Source of the DNA: an uncultured Verrucomicrobiae bacterium | GTDB taxonomy: Bacteria > Verrucomicrobiota > Verrucomicrobiia > Limisphaerales > Palsa-1400 | Direction of reading: 5' to 3' | Assembly (NCBI GenBank): GCA_963764165.1 | Contig: CAVXRD010000002.1 | Coordinates: 1,952,001 to 2,016,000, forward strand | Length of the DNA: 64,000 nucleotides | Part shown: piece after piece, positions 51,701 to 61,143 of the stretch | How positions within the stretch are numbered: position 1 is the stretch's first letter | Layout: each line of letters opens with the position of its first letter | The notes under the pieces: generated by a model | The model's database searches: none | Seen by the model: the letters and a program-made list of their open reading frames with translations, nothing else | Told to the model about the DNA's origin: nothing | Program-made: the position numbers and the translations under genes

Positions 51701-52534
51701 AGTTCTTCAATTTACCTCGCTGCGACCGCCATGCCCACGAATTGGGCTTCGTATTATCCGTTCAATTCCGGCGCGCAAGATGCCGCCAGTCTCTACAACG
51801 GGACGCTACAGGGCGGCGCTTCGATTGCCACCGATCCCACACGCGGGCCTGTGCTGAGTCTCTCGGGCAGCAGCCAGTATGTGAGTCTTCCTGCCGGGGC
51901 GGGCGATGCCCAGACGGTTGCCGGATGGGTGAAATGGGAGGGCGGCAGCTCGTGGCAGCGCATTTTTGATTTTGGACAGGGCGATCAGGATTATTTCTTT
52001 TTGACAACGTCCGACGGGTCAAACCGGCCTCAATTTTCGATCACGACGGACATCGGTGTTTACAATCAGGAAGTCGAAGGGCCGGCTGCCTTTCCGTTAA
52101 ACCAGTGGACTTATGTCGCGGTGGTCATGGACACGCGCGAGGCCATCCTTTATCTCAATGGCAGCGCCGTCGCTGTTAATAATAGCATCAACCTTCTCCC
52201 TTCTGATGTCGCACCGACTCAATGTTTTCTTGGGCGCAGCGAATATGCGGGCGACCCCTATTTTTACGGGATGATGGATTCTTTTTTGTTGAATTCGCAG
52301 CCGCTTCCCATCAGCCAATTTCTCCAGCCGCCGCCGATCTCAATCTCGGCGGCGGGTTCGGTTTTGAATCTTTCATGGCCGCAATGGGCCGGGGCGCTGA
52401 GTCTTTATGCGGCAACAAATCTGGCGGCGGGCGGCTGGATTCCGGTGGCGAATAATCCCGTCGCCACGAATCAGCAATTCAGCGTATCCTTGCCCATGAC
52501 AAATTTCGCGCAATTCTTCCGATTGCAGCCCTGA
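48794..52534 (+). CDS. GH43 endo-1,5-alpha-L-arabinanase-like enzyme with three LamG-like domains
   Basis: AHDPS, WAPD, NTIDP, FGSYWNGI, IEA, CCSG and GPGH motifs; WQRIFDFG repeats; ends ...QFFRLQP. Confidence 0.88.
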   Translation: MRSECLLRGGDVSPRRPGRRAKRIDVPELREPHSGRLGEASLPRLATTRGKFSVIWALLLVSVIFAELPVRAQSSGPPLRGYLTAHDPSTVIQCKNRYYMFYTGQGILSKSSSDRVFWAPGPAVFSNPPAWTSNAVPGFTGLFWAPDVLYFNNLYHLWYAVSTFGSQVSAIGLVTSPTLDPTDPTCKWTDQGPVITSTNGSPYNTIDPSFTWDGAGNLWMAFGSYWNGIYMVQLNATNGLRISANSPTYHLAYNSSIEASYVYKRGGYYYLFADWGSCCSGVNSTYNIRMGRSTSVTGPYLDQNGVDMVNNGGTLFQGPTGKFVGPGHVGILNLNGTQWWSYHYYDANAWAPQYGAYGAPDLALVPLSWTTDNWPTFTNTWSALYRFQADARDDNGQFYGLLENGAEVLTNSIYGHVLNLNGNDQFAWLPPGAGYGQTFAAVVNWRGGADWQRIFDFGVNTAATVMLTAASSDNALRCDINPGGNLQTVQWTKPLPTNAWTHVAVTFNGSQGVLYVNGLPVATNTSMTLEPFNVAPQTNALGQSKFSADPYFNGQYAAFRAYSHALSPQEIVAPVPEISQPADGSAYTPGATISFAGTATDFAAVPLAAANLTWQINYIQDHVTNAVYGPVSGISNGAYIIPTNSTGGGNYVVVLTAADKSNRVATATATLSPANPPAGWSSYFPLQSDANDANGHYNGTLHGGASFVNDAVRGNVLSLNGNSQYVSFPPGLGGMLTFMAWVKWNGGAEWQRIYDFGNDTNFYSVLTPAASSGDLRFNISVDSTGGEQIIDAPGPLPIGVWTHVAVVMDGDSVTLYTNGIPVGTNLHANLSPVSLNATNIYFGKSQWPADPYFNGELSDVRIFSYPLASNQIAAPQITIQQPAQGSMCSPGNTIAFSASANDFSNTPIAAANFIWTVNYINGSTTNVVGGPWSGVASGTFLVPATGPAARGHYQFSVAVTDSAGRSGTNSSSIYLAATAMPTNWASYYPFNSGAQDAASLYNGTLQGGASIATDPTRGPVLSLSGSSQYVSLPAGAGDAQTVAGWVKWEGGSSWQRIFDFGQGDQDYFFLTTSDGSNRPQFSITTDIGVYNQEVEGPAAFPLNQWTYVAVVMDTREAILYLNGSAVAVNNSINLLPSDVAPTQCFLGRSEYAGDPYFYGMMDSFLLNSQPLPISQFLQPPPISISAAGSVLNLSWPQWAGALSLYAATNLAAGGWIPVANNPVATNQQFSVSLPMTNFAQFFRLQP
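48818..48921. repeat. Family-A REPIN-like doublet (104 bp) inside the 5' end of the GH43 gene
   Basis: GGTGGGGATGTCTCACCGAGGCGTCCGGG ... CCGGACGCCTCGGCGAGGCGTCCCTGCC. Confidence 0.8.
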
Positions 52535-53560
52535 TGAAACGGCTGCTTCTGATGCTGTTCTTGGCGCCGGTGTTCATGCTCTGCGGACAGGAGCGCTTCG
52601 CCAATCCCATCTGCGAACAGGCCGACCCGTGGTTCATCCGATACAACGGGCATTATTTAGCGTGCTTTTCCATCAGCAACCACGCCATTTCGGTGCAGGC
52701 CTCGGATCGATTGGAAGTGGTCGGGCCGGAGCATGTGGTTTGGACCGCGCCCGGGAGCGGGCCGGCTCGGGCGGAAATTTGGGCGCCGGAACTGCACGTG
52801 ATCGGCGGGAAATGGCGTATCTATTTTGCCGCTTCCGATGGCGAGAATCGAAATCATCGCGCCTGGGTCCTGCAGTCCGCGGGCGCAGACCCCTTCGGCC
52901 CTTACACCTTGCACGGACCGCTTTACACCGGCGACGATCCGAACATGGTGGCGGACAATCGCTGGGCCATTGATTTGACAGTATTCGAGTGGAAAAAGCG
53001 GCTTTATGCTGTGTGGTCTGGCTGGCCCGGCACGGCGGATATGCAATGCCTTTACATTGCGCCCATGAAGGATCCGCTGACGATTGCCTCTCCCCGAAAA
53101 CTTCTTTGCCAGAACGACACCTATTTATGGGAACGGGTCGACGAAACCGCCAACAGCCGCGGATTGAATGAGGGCCCCGAAGCCCTCGAACACAACGGGC
53201 GTTCTGTTTTTGGCCTACTCCTGCAGCGCGTCATGGCGTCCAAGTTACAAACTTGGGTTGCTGGCATTGAAACCCGGCGGCGAGCCGCTGGAGCCCAAAA
53301 ATTGGACGAAGCTCGCGCAGCCTGTTTTTCAATCCACGGCGGCCACGTATGGCGTGGGGCATAATTCATTTGTGAAATCGCCAGACGGCAGGGAGGACTG
53401 GATTATTTACCACGCCAAATTGGATCGGCAGGACGGCTGGCATCGCGCGGTTTTTGCCCAGCCGTTCACATGGCTGGCGAATGGCTTTCCGGATTTTGGC
53501 CGGCCTGTTGCGGCGGGAGAAAAGCTGCTTGTTCCGTCAGGCGAAGGCGCTCCACATTAG
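52534..53560 (+). pseudogene. GH43 alpha-L-arabinofuranosidase-like gene with a single frameshift
   Basis: ADPW, IWAPELH, WAID and NEGP; after an extra T at 53202-53203 it continues LFLAYSCSASW...GVGHNSF...YHA. May be a sequencing error. Confidence 0.8.
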
Positions 53561-53819
53561 GGCTCGGAAAGCCAGACGGTTATTTCCCCAGGTTCACGAT
53601 TTGGTTCGCGGAGCACGTCTCGCTTTTTCACGGCCAAGGTCTCGGCAAATAAACCCCTCCGGGCAATCGCCGCCCGTCACTTTTTTGAAACAATTGGCCC
53701 CCGTGCCGTGTTGTGAACTTAACGAGAATGCGTGACATAGCTCATGAAACCAGCGAAACAGTTTTGCCTGACACGGTGTGCAAACCGTAGACTCCAGTCC
53801 AGTTGGCCGACGACCGGCG

Positions 53820-54374
53820 ATGACAGACGCGCAACAATTCGAAGCGTTCGTAACAGCTTACCAAAACATGGTTTTTAGCACCGCCATGCGCCTCACCGCG
53901 AACCCGTCCGAAGCCGAAGACATCTCGCAGGAGACTTTTATGCGGGCCTTTGAGCATTTCGAGGAACTGCGCGAAGACCCGCGCGCGGGCGGATGGCTCA
54001 AGACGGTCGCCGTCAACCTGAGCCTGAATCACCTCTCCCGTTACCGGAAACGCTGGAGCTTTTTTTCCGAATTGGTGCGGCACGACAGTGACGGCGATGA
54101 GACGGAATTGGAATACGCCGCGCCGGATGACGTGGAGGCAGCTTTTGCCATCGAGGAACGGCGGTTGATGGTGGAGGCGGCGCTTCGGCAATTGCCCGCC
54201 GCCCAGCGTGTTCCGCTGGTGCTGTTCCACTTGGAAGGCATGAAGTATGAGGAAATCGCCGCCCGTCTCGGCGTTTCGCTGGGCAAAGTGAAGACGGATA
54301 TTTTTCGCGCCCGGGCGGTCTTGCACAAGAAGCTCGGACATCTTTTACACGGCGAAGGAAGCACAGCAGCATGA
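53820..54374 (+). CDS. ECF RNA polymerase sigma factor
   Basis: AEDISQETF, WLKTVAVN and YEEIAARLGVSLGKVKTDIFRAR. Confidence 0.93.
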   Translation: MTDAQQFEAFVTAYQNMVFSTAMRLTANPSEAEDISQETFMRAFEHFEELREDPRAGGWLKTVAVNLSLNHLSRYRKRWSFFSELVRHDSDGDETELEYAAPDDVEAAFAIEERRLMVEAALRQLPAAQRVPLVLFHLEGMKYEEIAARLGVSLGKVKTDIFRARAVLHKKLGHLLHGEGSTAA

Positions 54375-54847
54375 ACTCAGATAAAGATAATAAACAATTG
54401 GAACAGGACGTTCAGAGGTTATTGCAAAACCTCCCTGAATTTTCCGCCCCGCCCGCCATTCTGGCCCGCACGATGGCGGCCCTGGACCGTCAGCCCGCGG
54501 CGCAGCATCACATTCAGCCGTGGGCCAAGTGGCCGTTCTCCGCCCGCATTTTATTCCTGGCTCTTGGGATGGCGACGATGGGTTTGGCGGTATTCGAGTT
54601 GAAGGCGCTGATGCCCGAAATGACGACTTCAGCCGTTCACTTCATGGCTCCCATTGAATCCGGGTTCGCCTGGTTCTGGAATGCGGTTTGCGCCCTGGTC
54701 GGGGCGTTCGAATTGGCGCTCGGTCAAATCAGCCGCGCCTGGATTTGCGCGGGCGTTGCCATCGCGGTGGTGGCGTGGATCGCGTGCATCGGATTTGGAA
54801 CAATTTTTGTGCGCCTCGTTTCGCCGAGGGGGGAAAGAAATTTATGA
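54371..54847 (+). CDS. Putative membrane anti-sigma factor
   Basis: Coupled to the ECF gene; LPEFSAP N-terminus followed by membrane helices. Confidence 0.65.
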   Translation: MNSDKDNKQLEQDVQRLLQNLPEFSAPPAILARTMAALDRQPAAQHHIQPWAKWPFSARILFLALGMATMGLAVFELKALMPEMTTSAVHFMAPIESGFAWFWNAVCALVGAFELALGQISRAWICAGVAIAVVAWIACIGFGTIFVRLVSPRGERNL

Positions 54848-56343
54848 TCAACATGACAGCCAAACTCAAACATTGGGCCTGCGCGGCCCTCGCGGCGGCA
54901 ACGCTTTGCCCGCTGGCGATTCATGCGCAATCCGCAACCACCACCAACGCGCCCGTCAAAAAAGGCTCCTACCACCGGGAAATCGTGGTCATCGGGCACG
55001 ATGTCGAACTGCGGGCTGAAGATACGGCGGGCACAGTCGTCGTTATTGGCGGTTCGGCGAAAATTCATGGGAAGGTCGAGCAGGACGTCGTGGCCGTCGG
55101 GGGCAACATTGTTATTGACGGAGCTGTCGAAGGTGAAGTGGTGACCGTGATGGGTGATCTGACCGTGGCCGAAGGCGGCCGCGTCGAGCGCGACCTTACC
55201 TGCGTGCTCGGCGAGAGCAGCGTCGTGGACGGCGGCAAAGTGGAAGGCGAAGTGCATAACATCATGGGCGGTATTGCCAGAGGCGGGCGATTCCGAATGA
55301 ACGGATTGGGAGACTGGTTCCAGCATTGCTTCATGATGGCGCGGCCTCTGTCATTAAGCGTCCCGTGGGTCTGGTGGATCGCGAGCTTGTTTCTAGCGAT
55401 GTATTTTTTCATCGCGATGCTGTTCCGCTACCCGGTGCAATGCTGCGTGGCGCAACTCAATGAGAGGCCCGCCACGACGTTCGCGGTCGGAATTTTGGCC
55501 AAGGTAGCAATGCCGGTGGTGTGCATCTTGTTGCCGATCACGGTCATTGGATTCTTCCTGATTCCATTCTTGATTGTGGGTTGTCTGCTGGCGGCGTGGG
55601 TCGGAAAATCGGCGCTGATGGAATTCATCGGCGGACGGTTCGGCAGCGCATTTGGAGTGAAGATACATCCGCTGCTGGCTTACATCATCGGCGCGGCTTT
55701 TGTGACGGCGCTTTATCTTATTCCAGTGGTTGGATTTCTTGCCTTCTGGGTGTTCGGCTTCTGGGGATTTGGCGCGGGCGTGACGGCGTTGCACGTGGCG
55801 TGGGTCGCCCGGCGCAAAGCGGCTGCGCTCAACCGCCCCCTCCCAACTCCGCCGACGGCCCCGCCTTCCTCGCCAATGCCACCCACCGATTCCGGGAGCG
55901 GCCCGAATCCGGTGATGCCCTCCGGCCCTGCTCCGCTGGCTCCGGCGCTGATGCTGCCGCAGGCTCTGCTGCAGCCGCGGGCTGGCTTTTGGGAACGAAT
56001 GGGCGCTGGATTTCTTGACATGGTTTTGGTCGCGTTATCGAGCGCGGTGTTCGGTCCGTTTTGGTTTATATTCGCCATCGCCTACTTTGCGGGCATGTGG
56101 GCCTGGCGGGGAACAACGGTGGGAGGCTCCGTGCTGAGCTTGCAAGTGGTGCGCGAAGACGGCGGCCCCCTGACCTTCCTGACGTGCCTTGTGCGCGCCG
56201 TAGCGGCGATGTTTTCGAGCATGATCTTTTTCCTGGGCTTTTTCTGGATTGGCTGGGATCGCGACAAGCAAGGCTGGCACGACAAGATCGCCGGCACGGT
56301 CGTGGTGCGGCTGCCAAAGGCGGTTTCGCTGGTTTGTTATTGA
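54844..56343 (+). CDS. Bactofilin-like beta-helix, membrane region and RDD-domain protein
   Basis: Repeats VVVIGG/VVAVGG/VVTVMG; RAGFWERMGAGFLD...QGWHDKIAGTVVV. Confidence 0.8.
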   Translation: MINMTAKLKHWACAALAAATLCPLAIHAQSATTTNAPVKKGSYHREIVVIGHDVELRAEDTAGTVVVIGGSAKIHGKVEQDVVAVGGNIVIDGAVEGEVVTVMGDLTVAEGGRVERDLTCVLGESSVVDGGKVEGEVHNIMGGIARGGRFRMNGLGDWFQHCFMMARPLSLSVPWVWWIASLFLAMYFFIAMLFRYPVQCCVAQLNERPATTFAVGILAKVAMPVVCILLPITVIGFFLIPFLIVGCLLAAWVGKSALMEFIGGRFGSAFGVKIHPLLAYIIGAAFVTALYLIPVVGFLAFWVFGFWGFGAGVTALHVAWVARRKAAALNRPLPTPPTAPPSSPMPPTDSGSGPNPVMPSGPAPLAPALMLPQALLQPRAGFWERMGAGFLDMVLVALSSAVFGPFWFIFAIAYFAGMWAWRGTTVGGSVLSLQVVREDGGPLTFLTCLVRAVAAMFSSMIFFLGFFWIGWDRDKQGWHDKIAGTVVVRLPKAVSLVCY

Positions 56344-58208
56344 GCCTGACGCAGCACTTCGGGATTGACCCAAATCGCCCAGGAATTGTAATTGTGCCCT
56401 TCGCCTCCGTCTGTCAACAACTCCAGTTTCTTTACGTTCGCGATGCTTACATTGACGGATTCCTGCTCCCCAGCCCGCAGCAGGCGCGAGCGATATAATT
56501 CCTTTCCATCACCGCGCACGGTGAAGATCGCGGAGCCCTGCTGCGCCGCGCCATCGCGCAAACCAACGAGCGCAGTGAATTGTTCCCAACGGCGATCCAC
56601 CGCAAAAACATACCGCGAGGGCGAGTGGGCGTAGAGGCCCTTTTCGTAGAAACGCCCGTTGAGCATCAGAAAGACGCCGTCCTGAATGCCGTGGTCGAAC
56701 CAATAATGATTGCGCGCGACGCGCCCCCAGCCGACTTTTGCGGAGGCCCACGACACATCGGAAAGAAAGACCTGGTTTGTTCGGACGGCGCGAAGTTTCA
56801 CCGGCGTGGGCGGACGGATGGCCGCGCGCAGCACGCGCAGCTTTTGGCTTGCTTCCAACGTGGAGACGGCCGTCGCGGAAGTGTCATTAAGAAATGCTCG
56901 CGCCTGCGCTTTTCCCTGCATCACGGCGCGTTCGGCCTGACTGACAATCCACTCGTCATTCAATGCGGCCACCTCGGCTTTTCCCTGCGCATCGAATGAA
57001 AGGTGGAATTGTTCCTCTGCAGCAGCCCCGTTCACTTGCAATCGAGCCAGCTTGAGATGGAATTGGCGCCAGCGGCCGGCGCGAATCCCGTCCACATCCA
57101 GCGCAAAGGCGCCATTGTTGGGAACACACGGAAAAGTGCGCGCCCAATGGTCGTCAATTTCGCTGTCCTCGGGCCAGACGTAAGCAATCACCGCGTAAGG
57201 CGGAATCGAACCGGCCACGGTTCCGTGAATTGAAACCGCATCGTTGCTGGCGAAAAACTTGAGTGACTTGAATGTGCTTTCGGCATCCTTCCAGCGTCCC
57301 CGATCGGTGCCGCTGATGAGAGGATTCGACAGGAGTTGAAGAATCGAAGCGCGGCCCAGATAGGTCGGCTCTCCGCCGTTCCAAAGCTCCTCCCGATACG
57401 TCAAATTGCCAACGCCCATGAGCGAAACACCAAACGCTTTTTCCGCCGCGCCGCCATTGTCATGCGGAAGACCGAGCGCGTGGCCAAGTTCGTGGGCGAT
57501 CCCGCCGAGATACATCGAATTGAATTTCGCAACGGTGATCTTCAAGCTTTTGTAGTAGTGCTCGCTAATGACCATCGTTCGATTCGTATCCGTGAGCAGA
57601 AGCGGATCGAGCAGCTCGCAATCGGCGGCGTGACACATCCCGCCGCGTTGCGACCCGCCTCCGTAATAGGGAGAGTCAAACACATGCGTCCCGTCGTCTG
57701 ATTTCCGGCACAAAGCGTAAAACACCAGCACGTGCTCGCGCTCAACGTCCATTGTCCCTTTGAGCGCGCTGGCAATTTCCAGCGCCGTGCTCCCGCCCGA
57801 ATCGTAATGATATTCGCGGGACGGCAGTTTTCCTCGAACCAAATGCACGGCCAGCTTGCCGTCCTTTCGCTCCAGCGGCACGCTGGCCTGGATCCCGAGA
57901 CGAACGAATCCCTCATGATAAAAATTGGCGACGTCGGTGACAATCCGGTCCAGCCGGGCTTCGTAATCTGGAAAAGGTTCGCCGTCTTTGGGAACGAAAT
58001 AGACGACGCGCAGCACATTCGTTGCGCCCGCGCGCCCCTTCCCGTATGCGGCCAAAATTTGCTCTGCTTCCTGCACCATTAGCCGCCCGGGCGGATCGTC
58101 AGGAAGAGCCTTTGCTTTCAACAAGCCAGCCGACAACACCAGCAAAACGAGAGCACAACAGGTGCTCGCGGCCCTTCGAGCGGTTGCATCGTTAGCATCA
58201 TCTCGCAT
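56337..58208 (-). CDS. Secreted zinc metallopeptidase with C-terminal NPCBM/NEW2 domain
   Basis: HELGHALGLPH and Met-turn SLMG; KGLYAHS...FTVRGDG...WAIWVNP. Confidence 0.8.
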   Translation of the reverse strand: MRDDANDATARRAASTCCALVLLVLSAGLLKAKALPDDPPGRLMVQEAEQILAAYGKGRAGATNVLRVVYFVPKDGEPFPDYEARLDRIVTDVANFYHEGFVRLGIQASVPLERKDGKLAVHLVRGKLPSREYHYDSGGSTALEIASALKGTMDVEREHVLVFYALCRKSDDGTHVFDSPYYGGGSQRGGMCHAADCELLDPLLLTDTNRTMVISEHYYKSLKITVAKFNSMYLGGIAHELGHALGLPHDNGGAAEKAFGVSLMGVGNLTYREELWNGGEPTYLGRASILQLLSNPLISGTDRGRWKDAESTFKSLKFFASNDAVSIHGTVAGSIPPYAVIAYVWPEDSEIDDHWARTFPCVPNNGAFALDVDGIRAGRWRQFHLKLARLQVNGAAAEEQFHLSFDAQGKAEVAALNDEWIVSQAERAVMQGKAQARAFLNDTSATAVSTLEASQKLRVLRAAIRPPTPVKLRAVRTNQVFLSDVSWASAKVGWGRVARNHYWFDHGIQDGVFLMLNGRFYEKGLYAHSPSRYVFAVDRRWEQFTALVGLRDGAAQQGSAIFTVRGDGKELYRSRLLRAGEQESVNVSIANVKKLELLTDGGEGHNYNSWAIWVNPEVLRQAQ

Positions 58209-60366
58209 ATTGCCGAATTTGCTCCTGCCACCAGCGCGCCAGAGTTCCGCTCGGGCGCAGCCACGCCTGGCGATGCAGCCACGGCATAACTCCGGCATCG
58301 CTCAGGATCAACAGCTTCTCGGTGCGGGAAAGTTTTGCGGGGCCTTCGGCCAGCATTTTTTCGCAAAGCACGCGGACTTCCGGCTTGCCCGCGCCGATGT
58401 CCGCCAGCGCCCTGGCGTAAGCGGGGTTTTGCATTTTTTCGCGGAGAAGCGACACATGAATGGCGTTCACATACGGATCGAGCACCGCGTCGGCCATCCC
58501 GGAATCCGGCGGGCGCGGCGCTGTCTCGCCAGCGGCTTCAAGCATTGCCATGCGGTGGCGCAGGGCGGACAATTCGGGCGGCGGGCCGGTTTCCTCTGGC
58601 GTCAAGAATAAGCTTAGCTGACGCGCCCTGCCGCCGAAACTTGCGCGGCTGGTCAGCACGCTCAGCGGCGCGCTCAAAACCATTCCCGCCACCACCGGCA
58701 TGAACCACCAAAACGCCGCATGATCGAGCCGCCAGATCGCTGCTCCCCAAACAAAGCCGATGGCCGTGTGCCCCCAATGCTGTCGAATCGCCGCCCACCA
58801 CGAGATGCCGTCCGCCGCGCGTTTCTGCGGCCCCCAATGCACTCCAAAAAGCAGCAGCGAAGCCGCCACGAATTGCGAGTGCCACAGCATTTGCAACGGA
58901 GCGTGCAATGTGGAAAATGCCGTTTCGCCGATGGCTCCGCAGGTCGCGGGAAGTATTCCGCCAAAGGCGCGGCGGCGTTTCGTGTCGCGGGCCAGATCAA
59001 TCAGCGCGAGGACTTTCGGCAGAAAAATCATCACCATGCAGATCACGAAAATGAGCAGCGCGTGCTGCGTGGTCGTGACTCTCAAGAAGGGCGTCAGCGG
59101 CCGCACGGTGATGACGGACAGGCCGGTGTGCTCCTCGTAATAAAGCATCCAATTGTAAGTCAACAAGAACAACAGCCAGAGCGGGCTGGCGAGGTAGCCA
59201 AGAATTCCCATCGCCAGATGAATGCGGCTGACGCCCCGCAAACCGCGCGCCCAAACCACCATGCCGTGCTGCATGTTGCCCTGGCACCAGCGGCGGTCGC
59301 GCTTGGCGTTTTCGATCATCGTCTGCGGCGCTTCCTCGTAGCTGCCTTCGAGGTCGTAGGCCAGCCAGACTTCCCAATTCGCCTTCAGCAAAAGCGCCGC
59401 TTCCACAAAATCGTGGCTCAGAATCTGCCCGCCGAATGGTTTTGCACCCGGCAAATGCGGCAGGTCGCAGTGCTGCATGAACGGCTCCGTGCGGATGATC
59501 GCGTTGTGGCCCCAATAATTGCCGAACGCCTGCGTCCAAAAGTTCAACCCCGTGATGAAAATCGGCGCGTAAAGACGATTGGCAAATTGCTGCATGCGCC
59601 CGAAGAGCGAAGTGGCGTTGCTCAGCGCGGGCACGGTTTGGATCAATCCGACTTGCGGATGCGCCTCCATTAATTTGACAAGATCGACGACCGTTTCGCC
59701 GGTCATGATGCTGTCCGCATCGAAGACCATGAAGTAGCGGTAGCGAGCGCCCCAGGTGCTCAAGAAATCGCGGATGTTGCCGCTTTTCTTGCCTTCGTTC
59801 AGGATTCGGCGGCGATAATAAATTCGGCCCAGCGCATCCAAATCCTTCACGAGATCGAACCAGCGGCGCTCCTCCTCCACCCATTTGTCCGGCTCGGTCG
59901 AATCGCTCAGAATATAGAAGTCGAATCTGTCAAGCATTCCTGTTTTTTCGATCGATTCGTAAGTGGCGCGCAAGCCTTCGCAGACGCGCGGCACTTGCTC
60001 GTTGTGAATCGGAAAAACCAGCGCCGTGCTGGCGGATTGGATGTCCTGATGTTTGTATTCCTTAAGCCGCGTAATGCGACGGTCGCCGATCAGCCGCAGC
60101 ACAAAACCGCAAATGCCATGCACGCAGCCAATCGAAATCAGCAGCACGAGAATCGAGAACAGCGCGAGCAGAATGACGCCGTAAATCGACCAGCCGGTGC
60201 GGTCAAGAAGATCAGCGAAAAGCCACGAGGTGGAACCCGCCAGCACAATCGCGGCGGAATAAAAGGTGAACACGCGCCAGCCACGGCGGACGCGGCGCAT
60301 CGCGATCATCCCCGGGGATGAGCCGGGCTCGCTCACGCGATCAGCAGTTGGCGCAGCGGTGTTCAT
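58198..60366 (-). CDS. mdoH: Osmoregulated periplasmic glucan glucosyltransferase
   Basis: KSGNI, FDADS, YWGHNAIIR, LSHDFVE and RDRRWCQGN. Confidence 0.95.
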   Translation of the reverse strand: MNTAAPTADRVSEPGSSPGMIAMRRVRRGWRVFTFYSAAIVLAGSTSWLFADLLDRTGWSIYGVILLALFSILVLLISIGCVHGICGFVLRLIGDRRITRLKEYKHQDIQSASTALVFPIHNEQVPRVCEGLRATYESIEKTGMLDRFDFYILSDSTEPDKWVEEERRWFDLVKDLDALGRIYYRRRILNEGKKSGNIRDFLSTWGARYRYFMVFDADSIMTGETVVDLVKLMEAHPQVGLIQTVPALSNATSLFGRMQQFANRLYAPIFITGLNFWTQAFGNYWGHNAIIRTEPFMQHCDLPHLPGAKPFGGQILSHDFVEAALLLKANWEVWLAYDLEGSYEEAPQTMIENAKRDRRWCQGNMQHGMVVWARGLRGVSRIHLAMGILGYLASPLWLLFLLTYNWMLYYEEHTGLSVITVRPLTPFLRVTTTQHALLIFVICMVMIFLPKVLALIDLARDTKRRRAFGGILPATCGAIGETAFSTLHAPLQMLWHSQFVAASLLLFGVHWGPQKRAADGISWWAAIRQHWGHTAIGFVWGAAIWRLDHAAFWWFMPVVAGMVLSAPLSVLTSRASFGGRARQLSLFLTPEETGPPPELSALRHRMAMLEAAGETAPRPPDSGMADAVLDPYVNAIHVSLLREKMQNPAYARALADIGAGKPEVRVLCEKMLAEGPAKLSRTEKLLILSDAGVMPWLHRQAWLRPSGTLARWWQEQIRQYAR

Positions 60367-60382
60367 GGTTAGAAAACGAATC

Positions 60383-60539
60383 GGTAGGGCGAGACTCCGT
60401 CGAGCCTTGATTCGATTTTTTGGGCGGTCGATTTAGTCATGGCTCGACAGAGTCTCGCCCTACCGAAATTAAAAAGCTCACAAGCAGGTTTGGAAACCTG
60501 CTCTACACGGGGATGGCTCGGCAGGAGCCTCGCCCTACC
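60383..60539. repeat. Cluster of GTAG-type REP units (families B and C)
   Basis: GGTAGGGCGAGACTCCGTCGAGCC (60383-60406), its inverse (60441-60464), a family-C unit (60483-60506) and GGCTCGGCAGGAGCCTCGCCCTACC (60515-60539). Confidence 0.85.
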
Positions 60540-60567
60540 AAGTTTTGTTGCTTGCGGAAGCATCCCT

Positions 60568-61143
60568 TCAATGGTGCGTGAGGTAGAACAGCAGCACCAG
60601 CAGCAATCCGAACAGCGCCCACGTGGCCGCCATTCGGAAGTGCGGCAGATGGCTCAATTGCGTGATCGTGGTGATGGGGCCGAGGTCGAGCGGGCGCGGC
60701 GTCATTTGCGCGAGTTGAAAATCCGGCCCGGCCCGCAAATACATTTCGCGCATCTTCGAGGCGAACTCCGCCGGCCACGGGCCGGGACGCAAAAACTGAT
60801 CCTGCCATTTCCCCGGCATATCTGCCATGACCAGCGCCAACCGCCCGCGCGTGGAAAGCATGTCGGTGCCGGCCGGAGGCTCGCCGAGCACTTGGACAAA
60901 CCATTCGTTGACGAATTTATCCATTTCCTCGACCGCCAGTTCCGTCGCGGAACGCTGCGTCTCCGCCCCGGAGCGCGTCATGGCCCGTTCCAGCACGAGC
61001 GCGACAAGCTGGCCGAGCAGCACGCGGTTGCGCACGCGCAACGCGTGAAAATAACTTTCGACTTTCGAGTAGGCGGCGTTCCATTCCTCGAGCGGACGAC
61101 CCGCCAGAGTGCCCGGAGCGTCGCTGCGGATGGCCGTCGTCAT
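60568..61143 (-). CDS. Hypothetical protein between mdoG and mdoH, with C-terminal membrane helix
   Basis: ATGA overlap with the mdoG stop codon; host-like codon usage. Confidence 0.75.
   Translation of the reverse strand: MTTAIRSDAPGTLAGRPLEEWNAAYSKVESYFHALRVRNRVLLGQLVALVLERAMTRSGAETQRSATELAVEEMDKFVNEWFVQVLGEPPAGTDMLSTRGRLALVMADMPGKWQDQFLRPGPWPAEFASKMREMYLRAGPDFQLAQMTPRPLDLGPITTITQLSHLPHFRMAATWALFGLLLVLLFYLTHH

Noticed and set aside
60369..60563. 64-aa ORF between mdoH and the upstream gene
   Set aside because: Made almost entirely of REP units.
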